A stretch of DNA of 64,000 nucleotides, taken from positions 1,096,347 through 1,160,346 of the forward strand of contig OZ241837.1 of NCBI GenBank assembly GCA_965202615.1. The letters run 5' to 3'. This document shows positions 58,084-64,000 of this stretch, piece by piece. The translations under genes were made by a program, and so were the position numbers. The first letter of the stretch is position 1; every line of letters begins with the position of its first letter. The DNA comes from Arenicellales bacterium. Lineage in GTDB: Bacteria > Pseudomonadota > Gammaproteobacteria > Arenicellales > JAJDZL01. The notes under the pieces are model-generated. The model had not been told where the DNA came from, searched no databases, and saw only the letters and a list, made by a program, of their open reading frames with translations.

Positions 58084-58485
58084 TCACGAACCACCGCATT
58101 GAGCATCAAGGAATTTTCTAACTGTAGCCAAGTCCACTACCTGTCCAGCCAGTAACCGTTTCATCGGCGCGGTTCCATGAAACAGCGGGTTGTCATTGGG
58201 CATATATAACCACTGGTCAGAAATGTTCGGATCAGGCAACAGCATTTGCAATGACCTGTAGATGCCGAGAATGTAACTTGCGCGTTCAAGTAAGTCTGTT
58301 GTCAATCTGGCTTTTTCCGGTTGTTTTTTCCAGTTGTACAGGGTTTTCTCATTGCTAATCCCCAACAGCGTCATTTGCTGTGTGCCAGTCAGACGCCACC
58401 GACTGAAAATTTCAAATATGGCAGGTAGCAATGAACCCGAGACGACCGAATTGTGTTGCAAAAATTTTTCCGCATGAATCGCCAT
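58084..58485 (-). CDS. MbcA/ParS/Xre-type antitoxin (DUF2384) without an intact partner toxin
   Basis: The HTH-like LLGISNEKTLYNWKK is followed by RASYILGIYRSLQMLLPDP..SDQWLYMPN..F.G..P...L..G, the DUF2384 toxin-binding pattern. Confidence 0.7.
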   Translation of the reverse strand: MAIHAEKFLQHNSVVSGSLLPAIFEIFSRWRLTGTQQMTLLGISNEKTLYNWKKQPEKARLTTDLLERASYILGIYRSLQMLLPDPNISDQWLYMPNDNPLFHGTAPMKRLLAGQVVDLATVRKFLDAQCGGS

Positions 58486-58988
58486 AAACTCTTGTACGCT
58501 TATCCGCTCTTTAATAAAGCAGGGGCTACTCTACAGCAGCCCCTGAGCCGACAGCACGCTGACGGCGGGTAGACTGAATACGAGTATATGGTTTCGACAG
58601 TAGTAATGCAACTAATGTAGTTTCTTGTGGACATCCTGTGCGCGAGGATCATCATGGTTCGGGGACTGATTGAATTGCCCTCCATAGACGAAGCTTGGTA
58701 TAAGACCACAACCTGTCTCATTCATCGTTTCGCAATGGATAATTGCAATTTGGGAGGACTTCATATCATTGCGTATACATCCAATAGCACTACAAATTTA
58801 ACCGCGGTTCATATCTAATCCATCTTGTTTCGGTGTAAATTGCAAGGTGATGATGTCAGATATAATTTTTTGCGATCAGAACGACGATTCTCATCATGAC
58901 GTTGCCGATTCTGCGGCCTTCAGTTGACCAACATCTGCACACGCGGAATTAGTTCCAATTCAATAGTACATTTGCCTGTAGATTCCCG

Positions 58989-61900
58989 TTGAATTTCCAA
59001 CAAATCATTTTCGCTCTCAATCAGTATTGGGGGGAGCAGGACTGCGTCATTCTGCAGCCCTACGATATGGAGGTCGGTGCCGGGACGTTTCATCCGGCCA
59101 CCTTTCTCGGTGCGGTCGGACCCGAACCGACTCGCGCAGCGTACGTACAGCCATCGCGGCGGCCAACCGACGGACGATACGGTGACAATCCGAACCGGTT
59201 GCAGCACTATTTCCAATATCAGGTCGTTCTGAAACCATCTCCGACTGATTTTCAGGAACTCTATCTTGAATCGTTGCGTCGACTCGGGATTGACCCGCTG
59301 CTGGATGACATAAGGTTCGTGGAGGATGACTGGGAATCGCCCACGCTTGGCGCCTGGGGCCTTGGTTGGGAGGTCTGGCTGAATGGTATGGAAATTACAC
59401 AGGTAACCTATTTTCAGCAAGTCGGGGCATTGGAATGCCGGCCTGTCACGGGCGAGATCACTTACGGACTTGAGCGCATAGCAATGTATGTGCAGGGTGT
59501 TGACGATGTTTTCGATCTTGTCTGGAACGATGACGTCAGTTATGGCGATTTATACCGCCAAAACGAATACGAGCAATCCAAGTACAACTTTGAAACTGCA
59601 GATACGGAAAACCTGTTTTTGCAGTTCGATGCCTGTGAAGCCCAGAGCAACAAGTTGACTGAACTCAAGCTGCCGTTGCCGGCCTATGAACAGGTCTTGC
59701 GTGCATCACACATCTTCAACCTGTTGGATGCGAGACGCACGATCGGCGTGACTGAGCGGGCTGTTTACATCGGCCGCGTTCGTAAATTGGCCCGAAGCGT
59801 CGCGCAATGTTATTTCGAGAGTCGGCAATCGAACAATTTCCCGAGACTTCGAGATGGCGCATTTACCCAACCAAAAACATCATCAACCACAACCGAATTA
59901 TCGGCGCCGGATCAGGTGGAGTCCTCAGCACCGCTGCTCGTTGAAATTGGAACAGAAGAGCTTCCGCCGCAAGCGGTCTCCAAACTCGGTGCCGCGCTTG
60001 AATACGAGATGAAAAGGGCGTTGTCGGAGGTTCAACTTATCGCCTCAGTCGATGAACCTTCCAAGTGGTTTGCGACCCCTCGTCGAATTACCGTTGCAAT
60101 TGAAAATGTTCAATCTCGGCGCGATGATGTTGAAAAAATCAGAAGGGGACCGCCCCTTGAAAAAGCATTTGAAGCAGACGGGTCTGCATCGAGGGCGGCG
60201 CAGGGTTTTGCCAGAGCCTGTGGTGTTGCATTCGATGCACTTGAAACGTTGGAAACCGAAAATGGCAAGTTTTTAGCTTTCCGCTTTATCGAACACGGCA
60301 AATCGGCAGCAGAACTAATCCCGAGCTGTGTGCAATCCGCGGTGTCGCGTCTTCCGGTCCCCAAACGTATGCGTTGGGGGGATTTAGAGCATGAGTTCGT
60401 TCGCCCCGTGCATTGGGTGATGTTGCTTCACGGTGAACAGGTTATCCCCTGTGAGCTGTTTGGCATCACATCGGGAAGACAAACTGAAGGGCACCGATTT
60501 CACGGCAAGAGACGAATTTCGATGAAGAGCGTGGCGGACTATGCTGACGGTTTGCTCAATGAAGGATTTGTTATGGCCGACCGCAATGCTCGAAAAGCCG
60601 CGATTCTACGACAGATACTCGCACTTGAATCACAAATTAAGGGAACGGCATTGAGAGATGACGATCTGCTTGACGAAGTAACCGACCTGGTAGAGTGGCC
60701 GATTACATTCTGCGGGACCTACGGCGCGGAATTTCTGAAGTTGCCGCCCGAAGTGCTGATCAGTTCGATGCGAAAGCATCAGAAATACTTTCCGGTTTTC
60801 GACAAACCGGGAAGATTGCTTCCAAAGTTCCTCGGTGTGGCGAATATCGAGCCCGCTGGCGACGCGGAAACGCAAAGAATCGCTCACGGAAATGAGCGCG
60901 TGCTTCGGGCCAGGCTCTCGGATGCAAAATTCTTCTGGGAGCAGGACTGCAAAACCTTGTTGGAAGACAAGCTCCCCTTGCTTGAACATTTGGTGTTTCA
61001 CAGGAAACTCGGATCGGTTTCGGAAAAAGTGGAGCGTATTGCGAAACTGGCAGCACAGATCGCGACAAAAACAGGGACCGATGAAAAAATAGTTCATGAT
61101 TCGGCGCGCTTGGCGAAGGCGGACCTTGTCAGTGAGATGGTTGGAGAATTCCCCGATTTGCAGGGTGTCATGGGACGCTACTATGCGCAAATCGACGAAT
61201 ACCCCGAAGCGGTATGTTTAGCGATTGAGGAACACTACATGCCTGTTTCGTCAAGCGGTGAGTTGCCTCAATCAGATTGTGGCATCGTGGTCGCAATCGC
61301 CGACCGGGTTGATTCACTCGTTGGGCTTACCTGTGCGGGAGAGGTTGCGAAAGGGGACCGTGATCCATTTTCGATTCGACGGATGGCACTCGCGGTACTG
61401 ACCATCATCATTGAACGCGAAGTCGATCTGGACTTGATGGAATTGCTTCAGATGTCGGCAGAAATTTATGCGGAACAATCGCAGAGTCGGGATAGCGGCA
61501 TTGCAGTTTCACCGACTTCAAACGATCTGGAGCGATTGTTTGAGTTTATGCTGGAGCGTCTGCGTCATTACTATCTCGAACAAGGCTATGCGTCCGATGA
61601 ATTCAACGCAGTATACGAACTCAGGCTCACCCGACCGCTCGAGTTTGACAAACGCCTGCGAGCAGTTCGACAGTTTCGCGACCTGGAGGAATATTCCGAT
61701 TTGATTGCGGCGAACAAGCGAATCCGCAATATTTTGAATCGCGCCGAAATTCCGAACGGTACCGAGATCGACCCGGGTCTCTTGACGGAAAACGCAGAGC
61801 TTGCGCTATACAAAAAGGCGATCGAATTGCGCGATCAGGTTTCTCCTTTGGTCAAGCAATCGAAACACGGTGAAATTTTGCACATGTTGTCCGTTCTGCG

Positions 61901-62054
61901 AGATCCGATTGATCAGTTTTTCGACCATGTTCTGGTGATGGATGAAAATCCCGAAATACAAAGAAACCGCATCGCCTTGGTGGATTTTGTCTATGGACTT
62001 TTTCGCGAGGTGGCAGAGCTGTCAAAACTACAACCCACAAAGGCCAAGTCATGA
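58989..62054 (+). CDS. glyQS: Fused glycyl-tRNA synthetase alpha-beta (GlyQ-GlyS in one polypeptide)
   Basis: The N-terminus [37 protein letters not shown] is GlyQ-like. After a Ser/Thr/Pro-rich linker (about 59860-59930), [14 protein letters not shown] starts a full-length GlyS. It is a single 1021-codon ORF with a TTG start. Confidence 0.9.
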   Translation: MNFQQIIFALNQYWGEQDCVILQPYDMEVGAGTFHPATFLGAVGPEPTRAAYVQPSRRPTDGRYGDNPNRLQHYFQYQVVLKPSPTDFQELYLESLRRLGIDPLLDDIRFVEDDWESPTLGAWGLGWEVWLNGMEITQVTYFQQVGALECRPVTGEITYGLERIAMYVQGVDDVFDLVWNDDVSYGDLYRQNEYEQSKYNFETADTENLFLQFDACEAQSNKLTELKLPLPAYEQVLRASHIFNLLDARRTIGVTERAVYIGRVRKLARSVAQCYFESRQSNNFPRLRDGAFTQPKTSSTTTELSAPDQVESSAPLLVEIGTEELPPQAVSKLGAALEYEMKRALSEVQLIASVDEPSKWFATPRRITVAIENVQSRRDDVEKIRRGPPLEKAFEADGSASRAAQGFARACGVAFDALETLETENGKFLAFRFIEHGKSAAELIPSCVQSAVSRLPVPKRMRWGDLEHEFVRPVHWVMLLHGEQVIPCELFGITSGRQTEGHRFHGKRRISMKSVADYADGLLNEGFVMADRNARKAAILRQILALESQIKGTALRDDDLLDEVTDLVEWPITFCGTYGAEFLKLPPEVLISSMRKHQKYFPVFDKPGRLLPKFLGVANIEPAGDAETQRIAHGNERVLRARLSDAKFFWEQDCKTLLEDKLPLLEHLVFHRKLGSVSEKVERIAKLAAQIATKTGTDEKIVHDSARLAKADLVSEMVGEFPDLQGVMGRYYAQIDEYPEAVCLAIEEHYMPVSSSGELPQSDCGIVVAIADRVDSLVGLTCAGEVAKGDRDPFSIRRMALAVLTIIIEREVDLDLMELLQMSAEIYAEQSQSRDSGIAVSPTSNDLERLFEFMLERLRHYYLEQGYASDEFNAVYELRLTRPLEFDKRLRAVRQFRDLEEYSDLIAANKRIRNILNRAEIPNGTEIDPGLLTENAELALYKKAIELRDQVSPLVKQSKHGEILHMLSVLRDPIDQFFDHVLVMDENPEIQRNRIALVDFVYGLFREVAELSKLQPTKAKS

Positions 62055-62392
62055 ATCGAGATTCTTTTGATCAAATGCTGAGTGCAGTACAAGACTTCCA
62101 TCACAAGCACGACATGGAAAACTCCGGCGGACATGATCTCAAGTTCAGGATTGCGCTGATGGCCGAAGAACTCGGTGAAATATCCGCTGCGGTCACCAAG
62201 GGCCAAGGGCGCGACAAAATTGCCGAAGAGTGTGCGGACCTGCTGATTCTGCTGCTTGGGACCTCGATTGCAGCCAGATTTGATTTGAATCAGTCATTCT
62301 GGCAAAAGATGGAAAAGATATTGCTTCGCGAGGGAAAGGTGATTGACGGTACCCTGAGAGTCTCTGAATTCGATTTCAAGTCTGCCTGCTGA
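62051..62392 (+). CDS. MazG-like nucleotide pyrophosphohydrolase domain protein
   Basis: [13 protein letters not shown]...[14 protein letters not shown] carries the EExxE/D metal-binding helices of small MazG-family proteins. Its start overlaps the glyQS stop (ATGA). Confidence 0.65.
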   Translation: MNRDSFDQMLSAVQDFHHKHDMENSGGHDLKFRIALMAEELGEISAAVTKGQGRDKIAEECADLLILLLGTSIAARFDLNQSFWQKMEKILLREGKVIDGTLRVSEFDFKSAC

Positions 62393-62440
62393 GGCAATTC
62401 ACTCGGCAAATTCACGGCAGTCAGCGGGTAGGGAACAGCA

Positions 62441-63163
62441 ATGAGTACGCTCAGGTCGCTTGTCTTCATGACACTTTTGATCCTGCAGACACTGCTGTAT
62501 TGGCCGATCGCGGTCTCGGTTTATTTTTGCGAACCGAAATTTCGGTCTCGTGTCATTGGCGTATGGGCCCATTCTGCGATCTGGATGCTGAGAGTCATTT
62601 GCGGCTTGCGTCACGAGGTTGAGGGACTGGAAAATCTCCCGGATGAACCTGCAGTCATTTTTTCCAAGCATCAGTCCGCCTGGGAAACGATCGCTTATCA
62701 GACAATATTCCCGCCTCAGGCCTGGGTGCTGAAACGCTCCTTGCTTTATATCCCGTTCTTCGGCTGGGGACTCGCGGCGACAGGACCGATAAAGATTGAC
62801 CGGACGACCGCTCGAAAGGCATTGGAACAGGTCGTTAAACAAGGTATTGAAGTTCTAAAGGAGGGGCGTTGGGTCGTTGTTTTTCCGGAGGGAACCCGAA
62901 TTCCTCCGGGTGAACACGGTACTTACCTTGCCAGCGCTTCTCTTTTGGCGATTCGTGCCGGGGCGCCGCTGGTGCCTGTTGCACACAATGCGGGCGATTA
63001 CTGGCGCCGCCGCGAGCTGACCAAAAGTCCCGGTGTCATTCGCGTCAGGATCGGTGAACCGATTTTCCCGCAAAACATCAAACCCAGGGAAATGAACAAC
63101 CGCGCTGAAGCCTGGATCCGAAAGACAATGCCGGAAATCAGTGACGCGTACACACGGGATTGA
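62441..63163 (+). CDS. plsC: 1-acyl-sn-glycerol-3-phosphate acyltransferase
   Basis: An N-terminal TM helix, the motif I variant KHQSAWET, and motif III VVFPEGTR. Confidence 0.85.
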   Translation: MSTLRSLVFMTLLILQTLLYWPIAVSVYFCEPKFRSRVIGVWAHSAIWMLRVICGLRHEVEGLENLPDEPAVIFSKHQSAWETIAYQTIFPPQAWVLKRSLLYIPFFGWGLAATGPIKIDRTTARKALEQVVKQGIEVLKEGRWVVVFPEGTRIPPGEHGTYLASASLLAIRAGAPLVPVAHNAGDYWRRRELTKSPGVIRVRIGEPIFPQNIKPREMNNRAEAWIRKTMPEISDAYTRD

Positions 63164-63289
63164 CGTTGGCGTCGTGTCTTCACAGTCGGTTCAAGATACT
63201 GAAACTACCGATATATTGACCCACGGAAGAACATAGCGGGTCAGCGGCTTGCACATTGTGGCAAGGTTTACGACGACTGAATGTGCAGA

Positions 63290-63859
63290 TTATTCACCGA
63301 TCTTGTGGCACATTGATTCGACGGGAAAAATCAGTTGCGCGGGCGGGATTGCGCGAATCAGATATTCTTCGTTATCAAATTCGTAGGCAAAATCAGCCGT
63401 CTCGTCATCAGGATTGACCACTTGAGCAGAGTCCAGATCAACCGCCTGACCTGGTGTCAGATAAATCGCTGTCGCTCTCACGGGCGCATAACCATCCTTG
63501 ACTCGACCAAAACTGATTGATTCATCGATCTCAAGTGGTATCAGCCTTTCGCGGACGTCTGGTTTCCAGAAAAAGATCAGTTTTCCGCGAATATTCTGAT
63601 TGGTCAAGAATACGGCTATCCCTGCACTTTCGCGCTTGTCGCGAAGATGAAACTGATTTTGCTGGTACTGAAGAAATTCCTGCCTGGAAATGACATTTGG
63701 AATGCTGCTGACATAACGTTCCGGATCAACCAAAAAATTGGCCATCATCAGCTGATCGAATTCATCATAGACCACGCTGCAATCAAAGAAATTTGCACGC
63801 GCTGGCAATATCGCTGTCATGCAAATCACTAAAAACAGAACCAAGCGAAGTTTAATCAT
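63290..63859 (-). CDS. Hypothetical secreted protein
   Basis: AGGAGA lies 4 nt upstream of the ATG at 63859. The signal peptide is MIKLRLVLFLVICMTAILPARA. I recognise no family. Confidence 0.5.
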   Translation of the reverse strand: MIKLRLVLFLVICMTAILPARANFFDCSVVYDEFDQLMMANFLVDPERYVSSIPNVISRQEFLQYQQNQFHLRDKRESAGIAVFLTNQNIRGKLIFFWKPDVRERLIPLEIDESISFGRVKDGYAPVRATAIYLTPGQAVDLDSAQVVNPDDETADFAYEFDNEEYLIRAIPPAQLIFPVESMCHKIGE

Positions 63860-64000
63860 GAATCTCCTGCACATTGCCCTTGTTCTTTGCGTTGTTCAAG
63901 ATTGCGCAATCCGCTAGTCTAATATAGTGTTCAACGCCCAAGTTTTGTGCGCGTAAATTTGCATCAATTCCTGCATCGTTAAAGACAGACTCATCTATCG

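Noticed and set aside
1-64000. Search by eye for CRISPR arrays, rRNA, tRNA or tmRNA genes and integrase/recombinase ORFs
   Set aside because: I saw no regularly spaced 25-40-bp repeats, no cloverleaf-like GTTCGAATC-type T-arm contexts in the intergenic regions, and no ORF with tyrosine or serine recombinase motifs. A tRNAscan, Infernal or HMMER pass would be needed to exclude them formally.

Overview
This 64-kb window looks like a gammaproteobacterial chromosome segment; that assignment is inferred from E. coli-like syntenies. The syntenic blocks are zapB-zapA-6S RNA-ygfA, ygfB-pepP-ubiH-ubiI, glnA-ntrB-ntrC with a sigma54/NtrC control region, tusDCB-tusE/dsrC, metK-ahcY, and glyQS-plsC. I saw no rRNA, tRNA or CRISPR array by eye.

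The housekeeping backbone is interrupted by five accessory segments:
1. 1-5434: a restriction island with vsr (5' truncated by the window edge), an EcoRII-like endonuclease, and McrBC whose McrB has an unusually long N-terminal region.
2. 12043-13476: a complete 1434-bp IS with perfect 22-bp inverted repeats, a 9-bp target duplication, and an A9 tract that splits its transposase. It sits between a BepA-like M48 protease gene and the tus/dsr operon.
3. 16010-17668: a solitary NERD-UvrD-like helicase gene.
4. About 25.1-34.35 kb, the most interesting region: three AT-richer islets lie between a DsbD-like gene and ilvA. Each islet ends in a progressively more decayed copy of the dsbD 3' end.
   - Islet 1 carries a translationally coupled three-gene operon (25622-27788) that I cannot assign to any family. 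It is my best candidate for an undescribed, probably defence-related, system.
   - Islet 2 carries a membrane protein, lipoprotein and mini-ORF operon plus a Phd-like/HTH regulator.
   - Islet 3 carries a GmrSD-type (DUF262/DUF1524) type IV restriction enzyme.
5. 56.2-58.9 kb: an islet with a small-protein/retropepsin-like aspartic protease pair and an orphan MbcA/ParS-type antitoxin.

Other notable points are a pterin cluster (PCD, fused folK-folP, and a methanopterin-type flavoprotein/DHPS-like/DUF447 trio), a fused glyQ-glyS gene, and a tusA gene that overlaps a PP-loop ATPase gene. All homology statements come from recognising motifs in the translations; no database search was run.
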